From a virus (taxonomy: Duplodnaviria; Heunggongvirae; Uroviricota; Caudoviricetes): a stretch of DNA of 64,000 bases. A program made the position numbers and the translations under genes. Location of the stretch: IMG/VR virus record IMGVR_UViG_3300047409_000308, positions 1 through 64,000 of that record; one strand, written 5' to 3'. Position 1 is the first letter of the stretch. The number at the start of each line of letters is the position of its first letter. This document shows, one piece after another, positions 26,344-35,400 of this stretch. The notes below the pieces were generated by a model. The model saw only the letters and a list, made by a program, of their open reading frames with translations. It had not been told where the DNA came from and searched no databases.

Positions 26344-26708
26344 TCGAGCATAGCCTGAATGCCACGGAGAAAAAGCTGAAGGATGTATTCACCAAGATCG
26401 AGAACCACAACCTGCAACTGCATGCCTGCCCGCTGTGCGGAAGCGAGGCTGAGTTGTGGGAGCGCTGCGAGGAAAGCACATTGACCGGGGAGATGGTGGC
26501 GCACAAGGCCGTCATGTGCGCGAACGGTGAGCCCATCGGCCCGCTCGATGTCTGCCCGCTGTACATGCCGCCAGAGCCGTTCTATCTGTCGCGCAGGGTT
26601 GAGGCTGCGTATTTTTGGAATGCCTTTGCTGTGGCTGCATCGAACTTGGCGAAGAAGAACCAGCGCTCAAGGATAACGAAACCAACACACGACAAGGAGG
26701 GCCTATGA
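26340..26708 (+). CDS. Lar-like restriction alleviation protein (122 aa)
   Basis: 'LHACPLCGSEAEL' followed by a second Cys pair and 'VEAAYFWNAF', matching the Lar pattern (KPCPFCG..EL...C..CG...A..AWN.R). Confidence 0.45.
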   Translation: MIEHSLNATEKKLKDVFTKIENHNLQLHACPLCGSEAELWERCEESTLTGEMVAHKAVMCANGEPIGPLDVCPLYMPPEPFYLSRRVEAAYFWNAFAVAASNLAKKNQRSRITKPTHDKEGL

Positions 26709-27064
26709 CCGTATCCGTACCGATAAAAGACGAAGACCAAGCCTTTATTGATGCAACTGGTATCCAGGAATTTCCAGGCTGGCTAGGCTGCTATACCACG
26801 CGCAATGCGCCCGGAGCGCTGCCTGCCGGAACCCGCGTGACGAAAGCGCTGGACGAGCCCGGCGACACCCATCATATCGGCGATGAGGGCACGGTGCTCG
26901 GCAGCATCGCCATGCCAGAGGGCGAAGTGTTCGTAACGCCGTTCGGGCCGGTGAAGATATTCCTGTTCGTGGAATGGGATTCTGACCCCAAGGTGGCGGT
27001 AGGGATTATCGACGTTAAGATCAGGAGGACAAGCAATGGCGCTGACGCCGACACAGCAAGCTAG
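26705..27064 (+). CDS. Hypothetical protein (119 aa), distantly similar to the 'GxRV...EGTV' small family
   Basis: AGGAGG RBS; 'GTRVTKALDEPGDTHHIGDEGTVLG'. Confidence 0.5.
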   Translation: MTVSVPIKDEDQAFIDATGIQEFPGWLGCYTTRNAPGALPAGTRVTKALDEPGDTHHIGDEGTVLGSIAMPEGEVFVTPFGPVKIFLFVEWDSDPKVAVGIIDVKIRRTSNGADADTAS

Positions 27065-27293
27065 AGTGGATAAGTACATCGAAGCCACTCCGGTACTATC
27101 GAAGGGTATTGTAAGCCGGGCGCTTGCTGGGTCGAGCAGCCCCAGGCAGGCAATCAAGGCCAAATGCCTGACCTGCACGAACTTCGACCGGGAGGAGATA
27201 GCCGAATGCCGGGTGGTGATCTGTCCGTTGCATCCCTACAGGCCGTTCCAAACCCAGGCAGAAGCGGAGGATGAGCATGACGAAGGAGGATGA
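27036..27293 (+). CDS. Hypothetical Cys-containing protein (85 aa)
   Basis: 'CLTCTNF...CRVVICP'. Confidence 0.45.
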   Translation: MALTPTQQARVDKYIEATPVLSKGIVSRALAGSSSPRQAIKAKCLTCTNFDREEIAECRVVICPLHPYRPFQTQAEAEDEHDEGG

Positions 27294-27516
27294 ATTGAGG
27301 TGCGACCCAAAGCGTGAATCAACACCGGAAACCACATCAACCGGCATTTACGTCAGGGCGATGAAGGATGGCAAGTGGGAGAGCGTGGACATCTACGAGC
27401 TTGACCTTCCCTCCCTGATGCTGTGGCTGCGCAGCCGTGGCGGGGATAACCCCTGGGCAGAGAACACCGTTGCCATTCTGCTCGGGCATGAACCGCCGGA
27501 TGAAACTGCAACGTGA
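27271..27516 (+). CDS. Hypothetical protein (81 aa)
   Basis: GGAGGA RBS: 'gaaGGAGGAtgaattgaggtg'. Confidence 0.4.
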   Translation: MSMTKEDELRCDPKRESTPETTSTGIYVRAMKDGKWESVDIYELDLPSLMLWLRSRGGDNPWAENTVAILLGHEPPDETAT

Positions 27517-27701
27517 GCGACTACGGTTGGTTTGCCATCAAGAATATCGCCATCGTCGCTGCGGCTGCATTTGCCTGCTGGTTCATTCAATCTGCATGGC
27601 CGCTGCTCGCTCTTGGCTTCATGACATCGTGGACCGGAGGTGAATGCAAATGCAACGAGGACAAAAATAAATTGAACGACAACACGGAGGCAACAACATG
27701 A
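27513..27701 (+). CDS. Small membrane protein (62 aa)
   Basis: Hydrophobic N-terminal half. Confidence 0.45.
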   Translation: MSDYGWFAIKNIAIVAAAAFACWFIQSAWPLLALGFMTSWTGGECKCNEDKNKLNDNTEATT

Positions 27702-27883
27702 ATAAGCTGATACGCTGGACTGACCTGCACAAGTACAAGTATGGCTACCGCGACAGCCACAATACCGATGTCCTCGAAACCATCCGGCGCGAGCAGAGGC
27801 GGCTGAAGGCGGAAGCGGAAAAGGCTGAAGCGGAGCAGGCAGAAACGCAGAAGAAGGTGACGCAAATTAAGGGTAAGGCTTAA
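27698..27883 (+). CDS. Hypothetical protein (61 aa), basic/coiled C-terminus
   Basis: ATGA overlap; GGAGG RBS. Confidence 0.45.
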   Translation: MNKLIRWTDLHKYKYGYRDSHNTDVLETIRREQRRLKAEAEKAEAEQAETQKKVTQIKGKA

Positions 27884-27885
27884 CC

Positions 27886-28095
27886 ATGGCTATCGGTCCT
27901 GGCAGCTATGACCCGGCGCTGACGCAAGCCCTGAAAGAAAGCAAAGCCCACATCGGTATTCTGATCGTCGGGGACGGCGAGCACGGCCCAGGCTTTTCAG
28001 TGCAGGCTGATCTCGGGGCACTGCTAATGTTGCCGAAGGTACTGCGCTCGGTGGCCGACCAGATCGAAGCAGACATGAAGGATGGCAAACTCTAG
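27886..28095 (+). CDS. Hypothetical protein (69 aa), last plus-strand gene. Its 3' end converges on the endolysin.
   Basis: ORF with an ATG 3 nt after the upstream stop. Confidence 0.4.
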   Translation: MAIGPGSYDPALTQALKESKAHIGILIVGDGEHGPGFSVQADLGALLMLPKVLRSVADQIEADMKDGKL

Positions 28096-28523
28096 GTGAT
28101 AAACAGCTTTGCCTCCGCCTCGCGCCGGGTGATAAGCCCAGGCATCGCCACCCCGGATGCCTTGTTCCAACGCCGGATTTGGGCTGGCACCGCATTGAAA
28201 TTTCCTGCGTTTAACAACTGCAACAAGGTCGAGCCTTTGAAGTTCTCGCAGCCGAGGTTGTAAATCCAACTGACCAGTGCCCCACGCTGGTTCTCGCTGA
28301 GATCAACATCAACCCATGCGTCCAGACAGCGCTCGGCGTCGCCAATGTCCTCAAAGAGCCACTGTTCGGCTTCGTCTTTGGTGCAGGTATCGCCAGGGCT
28401 GACCCCATGCGCTCTGCCATAACCAATGCTCCAAGGAGCGCCGCGTGTACCCGGATCGGCATAGGCGAAAATACGCAATCCTTCTGCTGATCTGATGAGA
28501 TCAACAGCCGCTTTGCAGATCAC
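28092..28523 (-). CDS. Endolysin: T4-lysozyme-like glycoside hydrolase, GH24 (143 aa)
   Basis: 'LIRSAEGLRIFAYADPGTRGAPWSIGYGRAHGV...KDEAEQWLFEDIGDAERCL...LSENQRGALVSWIYNLG' carries the catalytic E-D-T pattern. Confidence 0.8.
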   Translation of the reverse strand: MICKAAVDLIRSAEGLRIFAYADPGTRGAPWSIGYGRAHGVSPGDTCTKDEAEQWLFEDIGDAERCLDAWVDVDLSENQRGALVSWIYNLGCENFKGSTLLQLLNAGNFNAVPAQIRRWNKASGVAMPGLITRREAEAKLFIT

Positions 28524-28732
28524 GCCTGTGCCGCCTCCGCTTTTCTGCGATTGGCAATAGCAATCACAAGCTCGGCTCTTGCCACATCATCTGCGAGGGC
28601 GAGCCCGTCCAGTTCGGACGGCAATATATCGCGTCCAGCAGCTTTCGCATTTGCAAGCAACGTGGTAATCGTCGCAGCCTGATTTATCAATGCAATCAAA
28701 AGTTCTACAGCCAATTCTGCACCTGAACCCAT
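28520..28732 (-). CDS. Hypothetical protein (70 aa) upstream of the endolysin
   Basis: Amphipathic and Ala-rich. Not clearly a TM holin. Confidence 0.35.
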   Translation of the reverse strand: MGSGAELAVELLIALINQAATITTLLANAKAAGRDILPSELDGLALADDVARAELVIAIANRRKAEAAQA

Positions 28733-28738
28733 AATAAT

Positions 28739-29266
28739 TTATGTTCCTTTTTTCGTCCTGCGATCTCGCGCATATTTAGCGCCACACTCACGATGCATTG
28801 CTACATTCTTTTTCGGATATACATACATCCGATTAGGATCATCAAATGTCTTGCAAAATGCGCAATACATAAAATTGGCATTGCCGCTTGCGTCAAGCGC
28901 ACGTTGCCTATAGTGCAAAATCCTGTGATACCAATGATTCGGACAGACCACTAAATTGCTATGAGAATTGTCAGACGGATTTCCATTCAAGTGATGCACT
29001 TCTGCTTTTGGTGGCAATGTTTTTCCGAGAATTCTCTCTACCACCAACACATGCTCGCGCTTGTGTTCACCATTTGAATTATGACTGATATACCCATTAG
29101 CATCTATAGAGCCAGTTCCGTCCAGCCTTTTAGGTCTTGCGGATAGAGGATCACCATTGCGCTTTTGAACTTTATAGTGGGTGTCACAAAGTCCATTGCC
29201 ATGATGTTTTCTATTGCAGCCTTCAATACTGCACAACCGCTGTTGCTTTACAATTCGATTAGTCAT
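28739..29266 (-). CDS. HNH endonuclease (175 aa)
   Basis: N-terminal 'CSIEGC...HHGNGLCDTHY' Zn motif. HNH core 'EVHHLNGNPSDNSHSNLVVC'. Confidence 0.7.
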   Translation of the reverse strand: MTNRIVKQQRLCSIEGCNRKHHGNGLCDTHYKVQKRNGDPLSARPKRLDGTGSIDANGYISHNSNGEHKREHVLVVERILGKTLPPKAEVHHLNGNPSDNSHSNLVVCPNHWYHRILHYRQRALDASGNANFMYCAFCKTFDDPNRMYVYPKKNVAMHRECGAKYARDRRTKKGT

Positions 29267-29339
29267 GACGCAGCCCTTTCTGCCGATTGATTAGAGCCAG
29301 TGCAGCGTCATCAGCGCTGTTCTGGCTCGCGTATTCTAA

Positions 29340-29732
29340 CTACTGCGACGAGCGTGTAGCAAGGTACTGTTGAAGGGCAACTAGCACCGTGTTCGTCGCG
29401 GCGAGTTTGGCTTCAGCACTGGTAAGGTCAGTTGCGGCAAGCGTGCGTGCTACATTAAGACCGTCGCGCGCAACGTCTGTGACCTGTAAGACATTGGTCC
29501 CGTCGTCAGCCGTTAGCTTTCCCGCATCGAGCAGCGTCGTCGCGGTAGAGCGTAAGGTGGACACAAGTACGTAGCCCGCAGCGATACGCTCATTCAGCGT
29601 CTGAGGCAGGAGCACGGAGCCCATGCCGTTCGTTCCCTGCGCACACCCCGCGAACTGCGGTATGCCAACGGTAAGCGTGGCAGCCACGCACACCGCCGCC
29701 AGAATGCCCCACACCTGACGTATGGGTGTCAT
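29340..29732 (-). CDS. Putative lipoprotein or spanin-like lysis accessory protein (130 aa)
   Basis: Signal-like N-terminus with lipobox-like 'QFAGC', then an Ala/Thr/Leu-rich helical region. Confidence 0.35.
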   Translation of the reverse strand: MTPIRQVWGILAAVCVAATLTVGIPQFAGCAQGTNGMGSVLLPQTLNERIAAGYVLVSTLRSTATTLLDAGKLTADDGTNVLQVTDVARDGLNVARTLAATDLTSAEAKLAATNTVLVALQQYLATRSSQ

Positions 29733-30058
29733 GCTGCCTTCTTTGCCTTCTTTGCACCAGCCGACTGTGCGGCAAGCTCGGCTTCCAGGGCTTGCGTTTT
29801 CTGCGCTTGGCCGATCTGAAACGGCATCCAGGTGCAGTAGTGCCCGCCGGTTGGAACCGGATTGTCATCCTGAATCAGGAGCACGCTCGTTGCCGAGAAC
29901 GGTATTCCATTCGCATCGAACCCGCCGACATTGATGCAGGTATCGCTCCACACCCGCGCCACCATGGCAGGCAGCGGTATCCCTTTCCCCGCTGCGACTC
30001 CGGTGAACCCCGCCCCAGGATGAAACAAAACAACCCTGCCGACTGTTGGAACGATCAT
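29729..30058 (-). CDS. Hypothetical protein (109 aa)
   Basis: ORF with start/stop overlap with neighbours. Confidence 0.4.
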   Translation of the reverse strand: MIVPTVGRVVLFHPGAGFTGVAAGKGIPLPAMVARVWSDTCINVGGFDANGIPFSATSVLLIQDDNPVPTGGHYCTWMPFQIGQAQKTQALEAELAAQSAGAKKAKKAA

Positions 30059-30105
30059 TTGAGTCTCCTTCCCTTCATGTTGCTGGCCTTCCGGACCAGC
30101 ACGGT

Positions 30106-30207
30106 TCAGTGCTGCGTGACAAGGTTAAGCAAGGCAAGAAACAGTATCAACACCAGAATCGCAATGGCAATGTCGGACCAGGATATAAAACCACGCTGTC
30201 TTAACAT
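30106..30207 (-). CDS. Tiny single-TM peptide (33 aa)
   Basis: MLRQRGFISWSDIAIAILVLILFLALLNLVTQH; speculative. Confidence 0.2.
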   Translation of the reverse strand: MLRQRGFISWSDIAIAILVLILFLALLNLVTQH

Positions 30208-30292
30208 CGAAGCCAGCGGCACATCAGGAGCACTGCGCCTGACGCGAGCGAATAGGCGGCGACACAGATTGCTATTTTTTCAACAATGGACA

Positions 30293-30646
30293 TCAAGTGT
30301 GCCCGGCAAGTGGAATCGTTTCCGGCAGTTCCGGCGCGATGACTGCAATGAGCTTTGGTACTTCGGACGGCGGAACCAATGGAGTCGGCCCGGTCACGCG
30401 ATCGGCCACAATGATCCCAGCGTTGAGCGCGATGGCCTCACGCTGCCGCGTTGCTTGCTCAGTCTGGTACACATTCCACTGGCTCAAACACACCGACAGC
30501 AGCACCAGGAAGCCGCCGAATCCCTCCGCTATGGCCGCAGTAGTCGCGTCGGTCAGGTGGTGCCCAAGTGCCGCGCTAATCGCGCCACAGCCCAGGATAA
30601 CGGCCCTGCCAGCGGATTCAAGACGTGCTTGAAGTAAAGGGTCCAT
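30293..30646 (-). CDS. Membrane protein, holin candidate (117 aa)
   Basis: Two to three hydrophobic segments ('AVILGCGAISAALG', 'GFGGFLVLLSVCLSQW'). Confidence 0.4.
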   Translation of the reverse strand: MDPLLQARLESAGRAVILGCGAISAALGHHLTDATTAAIAEGFGGFLVLLSVCLSQWNVYQTEQATRQREAIALNAGIIVADRVTGPTPLVPPSEVPKLIAVIAPELPETIPLAGHT

Positions 30647-31089
30647 TGGTGTCCTGTGTCAGGTGTCCCGTATCAGATTCGAACTGATGATCTCCACCGT
30701 GAAAAGGTGGCGTGCAAGGCCAACTACACCAACGGGACCGGGCCGGACGCATAGCTGTTGTCGCCCCACAGAGAAGAAGCCCTGGGCCTTACGGCTCCAG
30801 GCACCTGTGCATCCGGTTTTGTTTTCATTGCCACCCCTCCGCAAGCCAAAAATGCCAATGGCAATTGCACTTGGCAATCAGCATCAGGAGCAGCGTTGTC
30901 TCAGCCGCAAGGCACAACCCCACGACGCCATCCCATGCACGCCAGAACCCGCGTTGCTTCCTCATAGCGCCTTCGCCAGCTTCTTCACCTTGCGCGCTTT
31001 CTTCACTGGCGGTGGCAGTCCGAGCGCCTTGATTCGTTCTCTAACTTTCTTGGAGGACAGGTTGTACATAACGTGGTCGTGCAACTGCA

Positions 31090-31401
31090 TTACCTCGCTC
31101 TCCTCGCCGCTGCCAATTCGTCCTTGAGTTCCTTTACCGTGTCAATCAAAAAACGGTGCTCTGCGGAAAAGCCAGCGATAGCCACCTTAAGCTCGTTGGC
31201 GCTATCCCGACCCTTCTCCATTTGTTCCTTCAACATGACCACCTGTTTGGACTGCGCATCCTGGGACGTTTTGATTTCAGCGATGGCATCGATCTTCCCG
31301 AACACCCCGGTCACACCCGCCACCACAAAGCCCAATATCGTTGTCGTCATCGCCATCACGGCGGTGCGTACAATCTCCCCACGCATTCCAGGCATGTCCA
31401 T
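31090..31401 (-). CDS. TM plus coiled-coil protein, i-spanin/Rz-like or holin-associated (103 aa)
   Basis: N-terminal TM 'AVMAMTTTILGFVVAGVTGVF' followed by a charged coiled-coil. Confidence 0.4.
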   Translation of the reverse strand: MDMPGMRGEIVRTAVMAMTTTILGFVVAGVTGVFGKIDAIAEIKTSQDAQSKQVVMLKEQMEKGRDSANELKVAIAGFSAEHRFLIDTVKELKDELAAARRAR

Positions 31402-31402
31402 G

Positions 31403-31522
31403 TCATTGCTGGTAGTGCAGGCGCAGGAACCAGACGAGCGCAGTGAATATCAGCGTGACAGCGAGGGCGAACAAATCGCGGCTGGAAATATACAGGAAGC
31501 CCTTGGGCGGAGTATTTGGCAT
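31403..31522 (-). CDS. Small single-TM peptide (39 aa)
   Basis: MPNTPPKGFLYISSRDLFALAVTLIFTALVWFLRLHYQQ; stop adjacent to the next gene's start. Confidence 0.3.
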   Translation of the reverse strand: MPNTPPKGFLYISSRDLFALAVTLIFTALVWFLRLHYQQ

Positions 31523-31566
31523 GGGCGCGCATTATCGTCTATTGCGGTCCCGTTGTCTGTACGGTG

Positions 31567-31791
31567 TCAGTTCGAGGTAAATGTTTCGATTGCCTTCAGG
31601 CGGGCGGTAATCTCGGCCAGCTTGGCCGGTGGTGCTGATAGGGTGAGTAGCTCACGCAGGTGGGCAAGGATGCATGTCTGCCCCTGCGCGAGCCTGCGCT
31701 GCGCCTGCTCGATCATGACCAGACGGTGTTGCAGGTCATGATCCTGGCTGGAAGAACCTTCAAAACTGTGAATGATTCTTACTTCTTCCAT
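31567..31791 (-). CDS. Hypothetical protein (74 aa; the ORF extends to 31875 with a TTG start)
   Basis: Six-frame ORF; start uncertain. Confidence 0.3.
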   Translation of the reverse strand: MEEVRIIHSFEGSSSQDHDLQHRLVMIEQAQRRLAQGQTCILAHLRELLTLSAPPAKLAEITARLKAIETFTSN

Positions 31792-31880
31792 GATTTCATC
31801 ATGGATTATACTGAGCGGGACGCGAGCGGTGTATTCAGCACCGCCAGCGCCCCTACCACACCGTTTGAGGAGCAACCGGC

Positions 31881-32483
31881 ATGGATACCAGCAAGCCTAG
31901 CAGACCTGTCAAAAATCAGCACGGAATTGTTTCCCGCATTGAGCGCAACTGCCTTACGTGCGGAGCGCTGATATTCGTTAAGCCAAGCGTTATTGCAAAA
32001 GGTGGCGGAAAGTATTGTAGGCATGCATGCTGGGCAAAAAGCATCAGCACTCATGGCGAGACAAAAAGCCGTGTCAGATCGCCTGAATATATGGCTTGGG
32101 TAGCTATCAAAATGAGATGCCTGAACCCCGCCGATAAACATTATCCCAACTATGGCGGTAGGGGTATTACCCTTTGCGCTGAATGGAACGAGAGCTACGA
32201 AGTTTTTCTTGAGCATATTGGCAGACGACCATCGGCTAAACATAGCATCGACCGCATCGATAACGAAGGTAACTACGCTCCAGGGAATGTTAGGTGGTCT
32301 ACGATACGGGAGCAAAATCAAAACCGGCGCTCGAACAAGCTCATTACTTTTAATGGTGAAACCCATTGCATCAGCGAATGGGCCAGAATCTTGGGGCTTC
32401 ATCCAGATACCATCGCACACAGATTGAGGCGCGGATGGGACATTGCCAGCGTTCTCACACCGCAAATTTGCAAAACACGATGA
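31881..32483 (+). CDS. HNH endonuclease (HNH_3/AP2-type), opposite strand to the surrounding late genes (200 aa)
   Basis: 'SIDRIDNEGNYAPGNVRWSTIREQNQNRR' motif. Confidence 0.7.
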   Translation: MDTSKPSRPVKNQHGIVSRIERNCLTCGALIFVKPSVIAKGGGKYCRHACWAKSISTHGETKSRVRSPEYMAWVAIKMRCLNPADKHYPNYGGRGITLCAEWNESYEVFLEHIGRRPSAKHSIDRIDNEGNYAPGNVRWSTIREQNQNRRSNKLITFNGETHCISEWARILGLHPDTIAHRLRRGWDIASVLTPQICKTR

Positions 32484-32484
32484 G

Positions 32485-35400
32485 TTATTTCTGCGCATGC
32501 GCAGAAACGTACAGTCTATTCGAGTTTTGAATCACATAGTCCATTTGTGCATCAAGCCGCTTGCTGATTGTTCTTTTAAACTCCTCCGGCACGGCGGAGT
32601 CGGCGAGTATCTTCCGTTTCTGCCCGCGCAATGCGGCAAGCTGCGCGTCTGCCTTGGCAAAAACTCCGGCAATCTGCAAATCCTTCTGGTGCGTAGTCAG
32701 AACTTCTTTTACGCGCTCGGCGTCATGGGTCGCAATTGCTTCTTTCATTTCGTTTCTGATCGTCAGTACCTCAGCCGCGTGGGTATAGAAGCTCTCTGTT
32801 TCAGCCCGCTTATCCAAACCGCCGACAACTTTTCTTAGGAATGGAATGCCTGACACCTCAACATCCGCTCCATCCCCAGTGATTGCCATGTAGGCACCAC
32901 GGGCAGTTCGTTGTGCAAACTTCCCTGCTGAACCTGTAATGAAATCCATCAAATAGGAGAGTGTCTCCGGCGAGATATCAACCGCTCCAGGTATGGCTGT
33001 CGTGCCTCCGCTGATTTTGTTTATCCATTCACTCAGCTTCACATATGGCAACGCTGTATTCGACCAATATAATTGGCTGTTTGGTTTCTGCCCCGGAGAG
33101 AATGGATTTTGTTCAGGCACTATCGTCTGACCGGCGAAATTTTTGTTGGTGGACAAGTCAACAAGTGGATCGAAAAGCGTCGGCGACACGAAATTGAGCC
33201 AGTTCTGGGTGCCCCCAAGGGGGTTGGCTGCATCCAGCGCGGTCATGATGGTGGAATTCACCGCTTTGCCGACAGGCGTCTTCCCGGCAACCATCGAGGA
33301 CAAATTGCGGCCCGCGTTGTAGAACGCATTGAACCCGTAAGGCATTGGAATGGCGATGTACTTCGTTGAGCCTGGCATCATGAGGATCATATTGTGCTCA
33401 CCCGCCCACGCTTTCGTGCGCATGATCTTGTCGTAGGCGTTCTCCCCATCCTTGTCATCGGGGGACATGGCCCGGTTCAGCATGTCGATGAGGAAGGCCG
33501 TGCCGACAATGCCATAGGCGATCTTCCTCACCCGAGGGGACTTGAGCGCTCCCACCATCACCATGGTGCCCTGGAGTGATGCGTTGTAGAACAGGTACAG
33601 GCTGTTCATCAGCGTCTTGTATTGTCCGCCCCTGGAGAAGTTGACGGTGATGTTCCGGGCCAAGGTCCCCGCTTGCTCCTTCGTCGCCCCTGCATCGATG
33701 GCCGCTTTGTAGGCAGCAAGCCGGGTGGCATTCTCGAACACCGTATTGACCTGCTCCAGGTATTCCCCGACTGCACGCACCGTATCCATCACCTTGCCGG
33801 TGACACCTCTCCCATCCTGCATGGCCTGCACCCGTTTCTGGATCACCTCTATCTTTTTCCCGATGTCCCGCAGCCCGAGAAAGGCGGTCTTCCCGCCATG
33901 TCGGCTCATGTCATCGAACGCCATTGCCCATTCGTTCGTCGCTGCTGCCGGGTCGTTTTTCAGCGCGAGATACACCCCCTTGATGGCTGACGGGATGTTT
34001 CCCGCGATTCTTCCAGCCACCCCCTTGTAGTCCGTGCCTTGCAGCACGATCTCCGCCATTGCTATGTCTTTGGGAAGGTTGGACAGGAAGAACTCCGGGT
34101 TCCAGGCGGTGTTGACGCGGGCAAGGATAGTGTTTAACCGGCCCATGACTTTGATGATGGTGCCAGCGGTTTCATTGTTTGCCGGATTCACCCCCTTGAT
34201 CGCCGCAGCAAGGCGGTGGTCATGGATGAGGAACTGCGCTTCCCGGATTTTGCCTGGATTCTGCTGGTCGGCTTCCTTGACGACGAGCGTGTTCGGGTCG
34301 TTGTAGGCCGGGTGCTGTTTAACCCTGATGGCTCCATCCTCATCCACTACCCATTCCTTCTGCGTTGGCACGAACTTCTGCTCCTCAACCGTGCCCTTCA
34401 TGATGGGTTCAGCCGAACGCACCAGTCCGGCAAAGGCCCGCCCCACGTTTGCCGACTCCGCGCGCTCGATGGCTTTCTCGTTTTGCATGATGGCCTGAGC
34501 AATGACATGCTCCGGGTCTTTCTTGCGTCCGGTCATCTGCGGGTCTTCCCGCCCGCGCACATCGCCCATCAGCCCGGTCTTCCTCCACTGCGGGATCGGC
34601 GACTCGTCCACGTCCTCCTCGGACTTCCGTAACGGGGCATAGTGTTTAAACCCGAGGGCTGGGTCGTACACCTCGGTCAAGGCGTTGTCCTGCCGCACCT
34701 CATTCGTATTCCGGATGATGTTATCGAACAGGTCGCCAATCTTCTGCATCTGCGCTGCGCCATATTGGGCCTCGATCTTCGCCTGCAACACCGGGGCAGC
34801 AGCGTCGGTATAGCTCGGGCCGGAGCCGTTGATGACGCCGAACTTGGCCTTGAGATAGGCATTGCGCTCGGGCGCATGGCGGGCGGCGAGCCAGGCATCG
34901 GCCTCGTTGATGGGGACTTTGCTGCGCTTCAACTCATCGATCAGCGGGGTGTAGAGCGTCCTCTCCGCCCGGTCGATGCGGTCGCCGATGACGTTGTTCA
35001 GGGCATCGGCCTTGACGTAGGAATTGAAGGCATCGGGCACCGAGCCGTTACGCGCCTTGATGAAGTCGTTTAACCGTTGCAGCGACAGGTTGCGGTCCTG
35101 GAACTTGATACGCAGGTCATCCCGGTGGCCCATCGGCGTGGTGAAGTCATGCACCGCATCAGCGAGCACCGGGAAGCGCCTGCCGAGGCGCTCGGCCAGC
35201 CCTTCATCCCGCACCATCCGCACCCCGTCGCCAGTCAGGGAGAACTTCTGGTTCTTCGGGTCGAACTCCTCGTTCCACACGCTCTTGATGTTCCTGCCAT
35301 CGAACACCGCCACATTCGTCACGGCGTCCTCGGTGATGGTCATGCCGTCATAGCCCGCAGCGCGGATGACGCTATGCACCGGATGCTGCTCCATGGCGGG

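Noticed and set aside
28520-28732. Calling the 70-aa protein upstream of the endolysin a holin
   Set aside because: The sequence is amphipathic and Ala-rich but lacks a clear uncharged transmembrane segment. Holin candidates are more plausibly the small TM proteins at 30293..30646 and 31090..31522.
29726-31741. Plus-strand ORFs 29726..30637 (303 aa) and 31073..31741 (222 aa) across the lysis region
   Set aside because: Cys/Arg-rich nonsense composition. The minus strand encodes membrane and lysis-type proteins with proper start/stop coupling.
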